From NCBI GenBank assembly GCA_030264375.1, contig JASCQW010000032.1:37438910-37502909 (forward strand): a stretch of 64,000 bases of DNA, given 5' to 3'. The number at the start of each line of letters is the position of its first letter. Positions within the stretch are counted from its first letter, which is position 1. This document shows positions 1-12,887 of this stretch, piece after piece. A program made the translations under genes and the position numbers. The notes under the pieces were generated by a model, which saw only the letters and a list, made by a program, of their open reading frames with translations, had not been told where the DNA came from and ran no database searches. The DNA comes from Carcharhinus longimanus (Eukaryota).

Positions 1-265
1 CTGATGGGAAAAGACTAGGACTGACAGATTTATGGTTTTGGGCAAAGTTGTGTTGTGGTGGGGACGTGAATGTGAGGAAAAGTTTTTATACAGTGAGAGG
101 TACTGACCTCTAACTTGGTAGTGGAAGCAGGGGCAATTAATGATTTCAAAAGGAAATTGAGTGGATACCTGAGGGAAATATACCTGCAGGAGTACAGGAT
201 TAGAGCAGGGGAATGGGGCTGACTATTGAATTGTTGTACAGAGAGCCAATATTTACTTGATGCTG
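1..265 (+). mobile_element. CR1 LINE 3' fragment
   Basis: Typical CR1 ORF2 end and 3' UTR wording (gtggaagcaggggcaattaatgatttcaaaaggaaattg). Confidence 0.6.
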
Positions 266-289
266 ATTCATTGATGAAATAAGGTCAGT

Positions 290-1540
290 TGAAGCCTGCC
301 TTTGTAACTTGGCCCACCTCATTTCCCAGCACCAGTTTCATCAGTGCCTTCTTCCAAGTTGAATTGGAATATAATGGATAAGGAAGTTCTTATAGATATT
401 TCTTGCCTTCCTTTCCATTTCTGTAGCATTATCCCAATTGATATTTGGGCAATTAAAATCCCCAATGTCATTATTCTGCCTCCATCTCACTCACTATTTG
501 GAGGATGATTGTATCGTATTCCCACATGACTATTTGTGCTTGTAGTTTACCAACCTTATTTAACAGACTTTGTTCACTTACATACATGCATTCTTCACCA
601 CCTTGTATTCCTCATAATTTAAACTCTCTCCAACCACAGTTAAGAACTTTTCCACAAGGACATTATTGCAGCCCTGTGGGGGTGCAACCGTTGCTTTAGA
701 AGCGATGCCTCCTGCCCCAGAAAATGCCCCAAGAATCTGAAGCTGTCAGTCCTGCAGCAGGCTTCAAGTCATACGTTAATGCTTTGTAGATTGCTGTTTC
801 AACTCTGAATAGCCTGTGACAGTAGGGATAATACAGAAGTGATTATCTTTAAAATTCTACTATTTAACTTTGTCCCTAGCTCCTGAAATCTGACTTTACA
901 ACATCAGTACCTGCCCTTCTGTCATTGGTACCAATGTGTCCCCAAATTTATGGCTCACTCTATTCCCTCTGCAGAATATTCTAAATCCTTTTTCTTGCTA
1001 AGTTTAAGTTTATTTATTAGTTACAAGTAGGCTTCCATTCACATGCAATGAAGTTACTGTGAAAATCTTGTTGTCACCACATTCCAGTGCCTGTTTGGGT
1101 ACAGAGGGAGAATTTAGCCTGGCCAATTCACCTAACCTGCACATTTTTGGACTGAGAGAAGAAACTGGAGCAGCTGGAGGAAACCCACACAGACACAGGG
1201 AGAACGTGCAAACTCCACACAGGTAGTGACCCAAGCCAGGAATCGAACCCAGGTCCCAGGTGTTGTGAGGCAGCAGTGCTAACCACTGTGCCACCATGCA
1301 GCCTGTGCTGTCCTTTATCGTAGCACCAGGGAGGTAACATACCTTGCAGCATTTACAGTGATGGTTATAGAAATGCGTATCTGTCTCCCTAACTATGGAA
1401 TCCTTTATATCAACCACATTTCTTTCTTGTTCTTTCCTGTCTACATTGATGCCATGGCCTGCACTGTACTCCTCCAAGGTTCCATCACTTCTAACAGTCT
1501 CCAATACTGATTGCTGGTCCCTGCAGTCTTCAGTCGCCAA
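290..1540 (-). mobile_element. Old CR1 LINE ORF1 (SGNH esterase) and endonuclease fragment, split by a SINE
   Basis: Minus-strand DSIVRETD...CYLPGATIKD, then HIGTND on the far side of the SINE. Confidence 0.7.
1001..1303 (-). mobile_element. tRNA-derived V-SINE (HE1-related, variant tail)
   Basis: Minus-strand head tggcacagtggttagcactgctgcctcaca, B box ggttcgattcc, V-domain gtgtggagtttgcacgttctccc. Confidence 0.88.
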
Positions 1541-1879
1541 ATGAAAAGTACAGTTGTTGATCTCTCATAGAAGGTTTCTGTACTTCCCTGGAGCCTGATG
1601 GTGGTGCTGTTTTACCACTTCGGATATAAACTGCAATTTATTTTCAGTGGTAAAATCTTGCCTCTAGAATATTTCCAAATGCTCCTAAAAACTCCATGTT
1701 ATTCATGTTAAGAATTGAAGCAAGGAATTAACAATGCATTTGGCAACACTTGTGAATATCTGAAACCACCCAGTTTTGAGTAAATTGTGCCAGTCAGTGA
1801 TCCTTCTGTCCATACTTCAAACAGAATGTATAGTTTTCACATAATCTTAGTTCAGCTGGCTGCAGAGTAAAATGGTAAT

Positions 1880-4615
1880 AATTAATGCACAACAAAGATG
1901 GAATGGAAGGTAAACTGTTGTGACTGCAGAATGTGGGAGTTCCTGGACAAGAGTGTGATCCAAGGCAAACACGTTTGTAATATGTGTCAGAGGCTCGAGT
2001 AGCTTCAATTCTGAGTCATTGAGCTGGAGACTGAGCTGCAGACATTGCGATGCACCAGCGAGGGGAAAGCTACCTGGTTACTTGGTTCCAGAAGGTGGTC
2101 ACACCCATTAGGACACAGTCTCTGGATTCATCTAGATTTGATGAATACTCGGACTGGAGGGTGTGACTGAGTGAGGCAGTGAAGGAGATTGATAAGATAC
2201 AAGTGGCGCAGCCTTAGTTTTTTCAACTGACAACAGGTTTGAGTTCTTGTAGCCTGTATGGATGAAAGCAGAGACTGCAGGATGAATGAGCATACTGGCA
2301 ATGATACTGTGGCAAAGGAAGCCATTCAAGTCTGAGTGGGCGTTGAATAGGATTGTGGTGGTAATAGGGGACAGTAGAGTCAGTTGGAGAGGGAATTGAC
2401 ACAGTTCTCTGCAGCAGGAACATGCATATCAACGGCTGTGTTGCTGGCCTGATGCCAGAGTTTGAGACATCTGCCGGGGCTAGGGAGGAAGTTGATCTAG
2501 TTGTGGTTTACATTGGTACATAGGACTAGGAAAGAGGTTGGGGATTAGGAGCAGCTAAGGGCTAAATTGAAACGAAGAACCTCAAAAATAATCTCTGGAT
2601 AATTACCTGAGCTACAAACAAATTTGTGTAGGGTCAATAAGTGCATGGCTCAAACGTGGGATAAATGTGTTTCAATTAATGAGATCTAAGAACTAAATCT
2701 TTGGAATGGCCCTCATTTGAGACAAACTGGGACCAGTGTTCTGTCGATTGGTATAGGTAGGATGGTAGAGAGGGCTTTAACTAAAGAGTGGGAGGAAGAG
2801 ATCATTTGAAAGGAGATGTAGTGAATGCAAGCGTAGTGATGAGATAACAGAGCAGGGGAGTGATTTGGGTAAAGATAACCAGGAATGGACAGAGCATACA
2901 AACTTAAAAGTGCAGCAGCAGATAAGGCTAAAGTTTGCAAAAATAATCAGAAGATGTAATTAATGGCCCTGTACCTGCACAATATTCATAACAAAATAGA
3001 TGAATTGTTAGCACAGATAGAAATATTAATAAGCTGATAGTCATCATTGAGATGTGGTTGCAAAGTGACCAAGGCTGGGACCTGAATATTATATTGTAGA
3101 ATATTTGACATTTGAAAAAGATGGGAAGCTAAGAGAAGCTGGCAGGATAATTCTGTTAATTAAGGATATCATTAGTGCTATAGTAAGAGATGACTTTGGC
3201 TTGAAAGAGATGTAGATTCAGTGACACAATTTGGGTAGAGATGAGATGGCGAAAAAGTAAGAGGCTACTTGTGGAAGTTGTTTATAGGTCTTTGAACAGT
3301 AGTTACATTGTCAGACAAAGTGCGTAGGGAGAAATAAATGGGGCATGTAAGAAAGGTAGTAATCATGGGTGACTTCAATCTACATGTGGATTAGACACAG
3401 AGATTGTCAGAGATAACCTGGAAGATGAGTTCATAGTTTGTGGGAAATTTCTTAAGGCGGTATGTTCTAGGGCCAACCAGAGAGCAGTGATTCTAGACCT
3501 GGCAGTGAACAATGGGACAGGATAAATTTTTTGATAAGATGCTACATCAAATGTTATATCACTAGATAAGATCTTATGAAGGAGGTAGCATATTATCATG
3601 GTTAAAGGATTGGTTAGCTAACAGGAAGCAGAAACTAGGGAAAATGACTCTTTTTCAGGTGGGCATGCTGTAACTAATGGAGTGCCACATGCATCAGTGC
3701 TGAGGCCTCAGCTATTTACAGTTTATATAAATGAATGATTTGGATAAAGGGACTGAATGTGTGGTTGCAAAATTTGTTGACACCAAAGTAGTTAGGAGAG
3801 TGTCTGCACAGGAATATGGACAGGTTACATGAGCAGGCAAAAATTTCATTAAGTGATGTGCAATGTGATTGAGTTTGTCTACTTTGGCAGGAAGCATAGA
3901 AAATTTAAATTGAGGGAGATTGCAGAGCTCAGTGATGCAGAGAGATCTAGGTGACTTGGTACACAAATCAACAAAAGTTGGTGTGCAGGTTTAGCAAGTG
4001 ATTAGGAAAGCAAATGAAATATTAGCATTTATTGCAAGAGGAATGCAATATTAATGCAACTGTACAGGGCATTGATAAGATATCTGGAATAATATGTACA
4101 GTTTTGGTCCCCTTATTTGAAAAAAAAATACAGTTATATGAGAAACAGTTCAGAGGTGATTCATTGCTAGGATGAAGAGCTCATCTTATGACAGGTTGAG
4201 CAGGTTGTTTTTATATCCGTTGGAGTTTAGAAGAATGAATGGTTATCTTATTGAAACACACAAAATCTTGAAGGGACTTGATTGGGCAGAGAGTGAGAGG
4301 ATGTTTCCACTTGAGAGACAAGAATTAGCGGACACAATTCAAGGAGTAAGAGGGCTTCCTTTTAAAATGAGATGAGATCTTTTTTCTTGAACCTTGTTAG
4401 ACTGTGGAATTCTCTTCCACAGAGATCAGCAGACGTCAGGGTCATTGACTGTACTCATAGCAGAGTTAGACGGATTTTTGATGCAAAGGGGAGCCGAGGG
4501 TTCTGAGAGGCAGACAGAAAAGTGGAATTGAGACCACAAACAGATCTTACTGAATGGCAGAGCAGTCTTGAAGTGCTGAATGGCCTACTCTGGTTCCTAA
4601 GTTGAATGTCCCTAT
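1880..4615 (+). mobile_element. Degenerate near-full-length CR1 (HER1-like) LINE with an internal deletion
   Basis: In order: ORF1 esterase remnants, endonuclease (IMGDFNLH at about 3362), RT (GVP-SVL-PQLFTVYIN at about 3680, KF-DTK) and 3' UTR (tgaatggcctactctggttcct). Confidence 0.85.
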
Positions 4616-4749
4616 GAATATTAGCATCCTTGCATGGAGCAATATGTGGGTATGAGTTCAGTTTATGTTACAGCATCAAGTGTAAGCTTCCTTCTGGGTT
4701 TAAAAATTGAAGGTAGTTGTGTGTACATTTTTAGACAAGGTAAAATTAA

Positions 4750-5196
4750 AATACATTTATATAGTGCTTTTAATATTCTTGATGTATCAAAGACTGAAAT
4801 GATTTCCAGCCAATGGCTTACTTTTGAAGTATAGTTAGAGGGATTTTGTCGGTAGATGGCGTAGCCAGTTTGTGCATTGCAAAAGCAAGGAACAGGAATG
4901 GGTAAATGTTCAAATAATCTGCTTTAATGATATTGGCTGATTTGAATCGATATTAGCCAGAACACGAGGGAAACTGTTTTATGCTTGAATCATGCTGTAG
5001 GATCTTTTGTGCCAGCAGAATATGTAGGTGATGCCTCAGTTTATCGTCTGCTGTGAAGGACGATGCATGTGACAACAAAGCATTCCTTCAGTACTGCACT
5101 GAATTGTCAGTTTTGATTATGTGCTCAAGTTTTCAGTGCTGTTTGAAAACACAACCTTCTGGCTTGGAGAGAAGAATGCCGCCCCTGAGCCTAGCT
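4750..5196 (-). mobile_element. DeuSINE (SacSINE1/AmnSINE1-like), old copy
   Basis: Recognisable Deu-domain wording: cattccttcagtactgcactgaattgtcag...gattatgtgctcaag...acaaccttctgg. Confidence 0.7.
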
Positions 5197-6269
5197 TACA
5201 AAAATTCAGTGTTGATGAAAAAAGAGTTTTTTTTTGGTGGTCTGAGAAAAGACACCCTGAAAACTGTTGCTTTGATTATCATGATGTTTGACACTTGCAT
5301 TTTTCTGCACAAGTCTTTGTTTTTTTGACTGATAAATACTGTGATTTTGCAATTGTTCACTCCTGGTTTGTTTCTGTCATCTGTCTAGCAGAAGGAAGCT
5401 TTTACATCTTCATTTAAGAGAAAACAGATATTCACTGTAATGTAGGGATATGGGTATTGAATAATGCATTATGATCTTGCAGCAGGCTCTCTAAACCCAT
5501 TGGTGTACATGAAATTACATTGTATAACTCCTTTATATATCCTGTACTAATATGGCTGAAGCCTGTCAAACTGTTGAGCACTAAAAAAATAGAATTTACT
5601 TGTTAAACTTTTCTGTATACTAAAAACAAATGCTGAGCTAAAAGAAATTGCTGCCCTGGAATTTGCTTTTGTTATATTTATCCATCTAGTTATAGTGTAT
5701 AAATATGTTAAATTCAAATCAGGAGATTGCTGAATGATGGGCCAGTATGGCCCTACTGGTGCAGTTGTTAATCTGATGAAATTCTATTTCTCTCTTGACT
5801 TGAGGATTGTACATACAAAGAATTTGGGCATTAACCCGTGGCTTTTGGATATACCACTTCTGGCACAAAATTGTCTGGAATTTTATTTTAAGTTGTTATT
5901 ATCCAGCCAATCCCAATGATGAAAACCATATAGATAAGTCAGCTGCAAAACATGTATGTTCATATATCCTGCTAAATTTTTCATATGTTTCAAAGTGCAA
6001 TGGATTCGTACATTGAATATTTGCACTACAGAGAGTGCACTGCCAAAGCTAGGATTATGGTGCACTATTGGAGCCGACTTAAAGCTTTACTGTCCATCCA
6101 ATCATGATGCACTTAACCAGAATGTGATGTTCATGCATGATATCCAAAATGGAAAATTGATGGGAAGGAAATAATGTAGAGGAAAAGTTACTTCTGGAAA
6201 ATCAGTCATGATCTGAATTCTAAGGTATCTATTGCTGTTATCTTATGGAACTCTCTCTCCTTTCTCCAG

Positions 6270-6363
6270 GGATAGTAGCAGTGACAGTGATTCCAGCTCA
6301 TCCAGTAGCAGCAGTGGCAGTAGCAACAGCTCTTCCAGCAGCAGTTCAAGCAGTTCAAGTGGA

Positions 6364-6404
<41 letters not shown>

Positions 6405-8791
6405 TGATAGCAGTAGAAGGAGCTCTTCTTCAAGTCCTCAGGATAAAAGAGGCAGATCACCAAGGAATACCAGCAGGAGAAAGGAGGAAAGGCACTTTGA
6501 GAGAAGAGACAGAATTTTCTCACATGGGGACCATCGGATGAGAATATCAGAGCGTGAAAGAAGGGATGAAAAGCTTCCCGCCAGGGAAGAGCGAAGCTCA
6601 AATATCAAACAGTCAGCTTGGTCAAAGGATAGGAGGCTAGAGAGTGACAAAAGACGACGCTCCCCAGAGAGTTCTTGGAAAGAACCTTCAAGAAGCCGTA
6701 GTCCTCAGGAGATATGGCGAAGATACAGTCCAGATTCAAGGAGTAAAATTGATGATAGGAATAGAAGACATAGAAGAAAATCAAGTAGTCTTTCTCCAAG
6801 ACATCAAAGGAGGGAATATAGGTCCAGTTCTAGAAGTCCTCATCGGTCATCAAGAAAGGAGGGTACAACTTCAAAGTTCAGTAGAGTAGAAAAATCTGAC
6901 AGTCACAGAAAAAGTCCAGAGAGTCGGGACAAGAGACCATTGAAAGATACTCGTCCAGCAAGTAACAAGAGTTCTTTACAGGTAGAAGAAAGTTCACGTC
7001 GAACACAAACTAGAAACTATAGTCCTTCGAGGTCAAGGCATTGTCTTTCTCATCATGAGTCAAGGGAGAAAAACCGAGAAAGCAGGAATCCTAGATCAGA
7101 AAGCTCATCTCGTAGCCCTCCTGTAGAAGATGTTAAAAGTTCTAAGAGCTCTGACTCTCATTGTTCAAATACGAGGCACGACTCCCAAAAATACAGTAAA
7201 TTAGTAGAGTCTGATTTGGGGAGAAGGGAAGAAGAATATATTGTTACACAAGGGAGAGGGAATACTTCTGAAAGTCCAGATAGTAATGAGCCAAGCACTC
7301 GATCACCAAGTTATAGAAAACAATCACAGACTGCAGTGAGCTCTGTTAGAGAATGTTTCAGAAATATTAGCCCTGAAAGTACAAAGCAAAAATCTCCAAG
7401 TCCCTCATCAAGAAGTAGAACTGATGAACGTGAATGTACTCCTCGAGCACAGCAACAAAAAGCAGATGATTCACCCTGTTCAAGTGATAGAGAACTGCAG
7501 AAATCAGCATCTGAAAGTCCCAGATCATCTCGAAATGAAATTTCTGATTTTCAAAACAGCAAAGGAGTTCTACCAGACAGTCTAGAAGAAAGTAAAGCTC
7601 CTACAGTGCAGGAAAAAGATAACCAAAAAACAAGTCCTGATCAAGGGAAAAAAAATTGGCCTGAAAGTATTCATTCCACAAGCAAAATAACTCTGTCCTG
7701 CTCTGCCACAAGTTCTGGAAAAGATTTATCTGCAGAGAAGAGTAATGATGAATCAAAATGTCAAGACCTTGATTTGGGGAATAGCAAAAAAGATAGGAGC
7801 AGAAACTCCTCTAAAAGTTCAAGGCGAAGATCATCAAGCACCTCATCGTCGTCGTCATCTTCGTCATCCTCCTCTACTACCTCTTCCTCATCATCGTCAT
7901 CATCTACATCATCTTCATCAACGTCCAGTGAAGAAGAGAATAACGATAAACCAAGTTGTGACCAAGAACAGCCAACATCACTGCACAAACATGAGAAGAA
8001 AGGATCTAATTCAGAGACTTCGCCACTGCACATAAATACAAATAGTGACAGAGGAAGTCCAGATGGGAAGGAAGAAAACAGGTTTCAAGACTTGGAGCCA
8101 TTGAGTGAGAGAAGGATGCTCTGTCTTGCAGACAGTACTGGGAAGATTCCTTCGCGAAGTCATAGTCCTTTGGAAGAGCAATCCCAATATCCAACTTCAT
8201 GTGATGCAATATATGAAAATTTGACGTCCGTGCAGGAAATGCACAGTCCTGATGGAGTATCTTCAAGTGAAAAGAAAGCAGATTATAAAACTGATTCAGA
8301 CACATCGGCATCATCTCCAGTTAGGGTTACGCCCAGTTCTCAAAAAAGTAGAAAGTCTCTGTCAGACACCGAAAGAGCAGATGAAAGGAGCTGTCAAAAA
8401 GTAAGCCCTGACAAGGAACCTGACAGTACTTTGTCATCTGATCCAACAGATGACAAGAACCTGCAAGCCATAAATAGCTCTGAGGTAGAAAATTCAAATA
8501 TTCAGAGTCCACATGTATCCAGTCAAAGGCAGCAGAGTCCCATTTTGGACAGTGAAGAGAGAAAAGAACAAACTCCTCTTCAGAAAAAGAGGCAAAGATC
8601 ATCTTCCTCCGAAAGGATGGTTGGTTCTGGATCTGGATCTGACAGCCCTCGGGAACCTCCTCACAAAATAACATTGAAATCGAGTAGTCCTGTTTCTGGT
8701 TTGAAGACGGGATCAGGGCTTTCTCCCACTGCTTCATCACAAGAGCAGGAACAGGAGGAAGAACACAGCAAAAGACCAAGGGACATGACAG
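6270..8791 (+). CDS. Giant Ser/Arg-rich (RS, SRRM2-like low-complexity) coding exon, about 840 codons; predicted N-terminal extension exon of CWC22 or last exon of an upstream gene
   Basis: Stop-free frame 6232-8838. Polypyrimidine tract and AG (ctctctctcctttctccag, ends 6269) open it in phase 2. Donor ACAG|gtacag after 8791 is phase 1. Contains many RS/SP dipeptides and two poly-Ser tracts. Confidence 0.85.
6271..6420 (+). repeat. Coding (AGC/AGT)n microsatellite, poly-Ser tract 1
   Basis: Pure core gcagcagcagcagcagcagcagcagtagtagtagtagtagt at about 6364-6405. Confidence 0.95.
7831..7930 (+). repeat. Coding (TCN)n repeat, poly-Ser tract 2
   Basis: tcatcgtcgtcgtcatcttcgtcatcctcctct...tcatcttcatca. 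Confidence 0.9.
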
Positions 8792-10214
8792 GTACAGTTA
8801 CTTTTGATTGGATGCACACTTCAACATGCAAAGCTTAGTCATACAATTAACAATGGGGGAACAATGGGCTTTTATCTTGAAAGTTGTGTGATCTGTAAGA
8901 ACGATTCTCTAATTTGAAACCGTTGGAAATAGAGCATTGGAGGGAACCAAACAATACTGTTCAGCCCATTTAATTTTTTATTATCATAGTTATCTGTGGC
9001 TGAGGTGGGTAAATTTTCTTGTACAAGGGATACATATGTACAACGGTAATACGAACCCCCGCCCCCCCAAATCTTAGTACTCTCTGCCCAATTGCTACCC
9101 TGATTTGATTATCCACCTGCCCACTGAATCACTCAGGACTTACCTGTTAATTTCCATTCACTTGCCTGTCCAATCCAAACCTTGGAAACCTTTACACACA
9201 CAAGCTGATGTCATAAAAAGAAGGCATGTTCTCTATGATGCTCCTCTTTACCAATGTTCCTCATGGATGGCTAGCCTGAAGCATTGCTGCTCCTGGCTGG
9301 AAGGATGCTTGGGTGTGATATAATGCTCTTTGCGGTAAGTGGTAATCATCCAAATCTGGGCCAAAGTAAATCAATTTAGAAATGTCGTATATCAGTCTTT
9401 TGTTTCAATGTAGCACTTCATTCAAAAAGCCAATTAGGTATTGTAGCCTTTTTCAGCTTTTTAATATTGTCACTGGCAGCAATTGTGCTATTCTCATTGA
9501 AGCAATGAAGTAATAGACTACTAAAGAATATCAATTTTGTCTTATACTGTGAGATAATTCCAGGGTGGATGCTTCTACTCAAACTTCTAGAAAAGCTGTG
9601 ACCAAAACTTTACCTTTGGAGTTTATCAAGATTCAAACAAGCATTACTTGAGATAATTATGACCCTCAAGGTCACAACCACAGTCATTGCTTATTTGGTT
9701 GGAATCTTGATTCAAGATATACTCAGACTTTTGTCCAGACAACTTGTTTTGGTTCCCAGAGAGACTGGTAGTCTAAAAAAAACTTCTAGGTGATAACTGA
9801 AAGGATAACATGACAGGATTTTACAATTTAAGACTTACTGTAACAGATTAATAGCACTATGGCAAAACACTGTCATGATAGGCAACATGTTTTTAATCTA
9901 CAGAAGATGATTTCCCCTATTCTAACGCAATTGTAAAACCCACAGGACACAGTAATAATTTACACTGACCCTTAAGTAGTCATTCCTCCCATTTTACCCT
10001 AAATTAAAGCAGTCCCAAAACAGACCAATCTTATAAAACCTTTACATTTGTAACATTGTGTATAACTTTAAGGATAATACTTTCTATAATCCTAATTTGG
10101 CTGAAAAGGAATCTTCTTTCTCTTGATAAGCAACCAAACAAAAAAAATTCTTCATATAATTGAATACATCCATCTCAATGCACAATCATAAGGGGCATAC
10201 AACTCTGCCCTTGT

Positions 10215-10810
10215 TAATAGTAATTGATTATGTAGAATTTACAGTAAAGGGGCAGTAAGAGAATGGGCCATTCAGCCAGCTGGTATTTGCACTCCACAAG
10301 AGCATGACCCCGGCACTCCCCTTCATTTGAACCGATCAATGTATCCCTCCATTCCTTGTTCCGTTCCTTTGTGTACTGATCTGGAACCCCCTTCAAATGC
10401 ATCATTGTGGTTTACTTCAGGTTTCAGCACATCCTGATCAATCTCTGGGTGAGGAAATTTCTCCAGAATGATTTTTTAAATTTATTAGTGACTTTCTTGG
10501 ACTTACTACATCTGCCTTCTCCATGTCTACCTTTTCAAACCCCTTTATAATTTTTATGAATTTTAATTTAGTTGACCCCTCAGCCTCTCTGTTCCAGAGC
10601 TGGAGAGTTGCAGTTCAGTCTTTCTCAGTAGCTGTAATCTCTCAATTCTGTTATCATCCTTGTTAATCTTTATGCACCTTCTCCTGTGCCTCTTTTTTCC
10701 TTTGGGAGGATGGAGTATTGTGTTGGAGAGTGGGAGGGTGCTGGATGGATGCATGGAGATCAGAACTGTGCACATGGTACTATATGTGGTTGAGCCAAGA
10801 TGAGTTGTAC
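10215..10810 (-). mobile_element. Old CR1 LINE 3' fragment
   Basis: Reverse-complement CR1 tail and ORF2 end (gggccattcagcc, cccctcagcctctctgttccag). Confidence 0.55.
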
Positions 10811-12887
10811 AATGATAACTTTGTAGCAACATCTATTCTAGTCAATTCCCATGAAACATGTTGAATTCATCAAACTATTTCTTTTTAGCATGCATATAAT
10901 TTTTTAAAATTTACTCATTATTTCACAGTTTTTCTTTATGACTTTTATTTCAATTTAAGCTCCTTCATCCAAGGAGATTAAGTTGCTACTGAAACCTCTA
11001 ATTTCTACTGTGGGTTGGGTGATGAAGGCATGCCAGGAGAGGGCACATTATGAGTTAATCTGTTTGAAGTTAATATCTTATCGACGGCAGTTGGATACTT
11101 TGGTATTTTAAGAATAATGGCTTGGATTTTGCAGACAGCAAAACTGTCAGTATTCGCAGAAAGCAACAGCAGCATTTTGAATCAATACAAGTGCAGGATA
11201 GTGCAGAAGTCCAGAAGCTGTCAGTTATTCTGCACTTTTCCAGAAATACCCTAGACGCCAAGCAATACATGAGAACTTTCATGTTTATGCTGTTTATCTC
11301 AATGCAAGAATCTTTGAAAAAAATCGCGTCTTGTTGAAGGAAACGCAGCTGGGTTTTTACGTGTCCGAACTTCATAATTTCTGTTAAATGCCCTCACTAA
11401 CACTGAAATGCCAATTTCACATTTATAGAATGTCAAATTCCACTGTGATAAAAATTCCATATTTTAAAAAAGGCTATCCTTAGTTTAGCTTTCATGTTAA
11501 TTCAATCATAATCACTTTTCGTTCTCTGAAAATATAAATTAAAAGCGAAGTATATTAAACTGCTTGTAACTTCATGCTTTGCTTTCTGCGAATAATTGAA
11601 TGTGTTTATCTGCATTCCTGACACGATCACCTGTGCACATCAAAACATCTCTTTGACTTGACTCCAAATTTAACCTGCCACTGGGAAAAGGCAACACCTT
11701 GTCAGTGATCTTCAAGCTCAGCAGCAACCCTCTTTGAATCACTGTTGACTGGAAAATCCAGGTCATAATCTTAAAACTGATTTTGGAATTGACCATTCGG
11801 ATGAGTTATGAATACTAAATTGAAATGTTAAGTAGCCCTGGCATGAAAGTTCTGTGTTTTGGGCTGGTGGTCGATACTTTAGAATACCAATGCACATTAA
11901 TATTAGTGCTTTTAATGTATTAAATATTCCAAGGCACTTCATCCTAACTAGTTTCCCACTTCATAAGAGATTCCCAAGTAATTCCATTGTGGCAGTTCAT
12001 TAGTGTAGCGGTGTAACTTGAAATAAGATGGAAAGGTTCGTAACTGTTTTTAAAATTGCGTTCCAAATCTTCGATAATAAGTTATTAGTGGAATAAACCA
12101 AATTAAATTTTGCCCCTTCAGAGGCACATGGTAATATTTCTTTCTTGATCTAAATCCGTTTAGTGTGGATGTAGATAGAATACAGATGAACCAAATTCAG
12201 CAGCTTATGACATTCAGATGCCTCATTTATTGCATTTGAGTTGGGATTGAATCGTGGATCAGTGCTTCCAGAAGATGGCTACAGAGACCATAAATTGTGT
12301 TTCAAACTTGCACTTAAATGCTTCAATTTTTTTAAACATTTAAAACCAGCACTGTTAATTTATTTTAGCATTTTTCAAATGTCTACACCCCTATATATGT
12401 CCAAGTACCTCATTGTATATGTTTTCTTCATCTATGGATGTGGCAAAATCTGTATATAATTCGTAAACCTCATCTTTTTTGTGCAGAATATCATGCCTGA
12501 TTTACAATGTCCTTGGAATAGTCAGAATAAAACTGCAAGTTGGCAGAGCAAGTTCTTTTTAATGAAAAAATGTAATGGGAATAAGTACTTAATATATTTT
12601 CCTAATGAACTCTCCTCTGTAATGTGGCACCGTATTTAATATGAACAGAGGATACTTGAGAAAGCACTGTTAAATAGGAGATTAATTGTCTAATTTGGAA
12701 TCAGTTTGATAGATATGTAGTTAAAGCCTGTAACTAGTTCTACAGCTAATTATGGTTGCATGAACTAATTGTTTTTAACCATTTATTATTTCAGTTCTTT
12801 ATATGTAGCTTTATTTAACTTCTGGTTCAAATTGATTAAAAGTATGGTGCAAAATGTGTTCATAAATATTTTTGAAATTTTGGTCAG

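Noticed and set aside
1010-1540. 176-aa minus-strand ORF
   Set aside because: Chance chimera of CR1 ORF1 remnant and an inserted SINE.
5360-5445. Possible tandem acceptor (ctgtctagcag) and small exon upstream of the giant exon
   Set aside because: No convincing donor, nearby stops in the frames checked and no recognisable protein; cannot be supported without RNA data.
6232-6269. TTG start of the 868-aa ORF as a single-exon gene
   Set aside because: It is not an ATG, and the segment is the intron's polypyrimidine tract and acceptor.
6206-8779. Overlapping and antisense ORFs (poly-Cys/Tyr 6206-6601, poly-Ala/Val 6245-6541, poly-Asp/Glu 7761-8033, 8327-8779)
   Set aside because: These are shadows of the poly-Ser repeats and codon bias of the real + strand exon.
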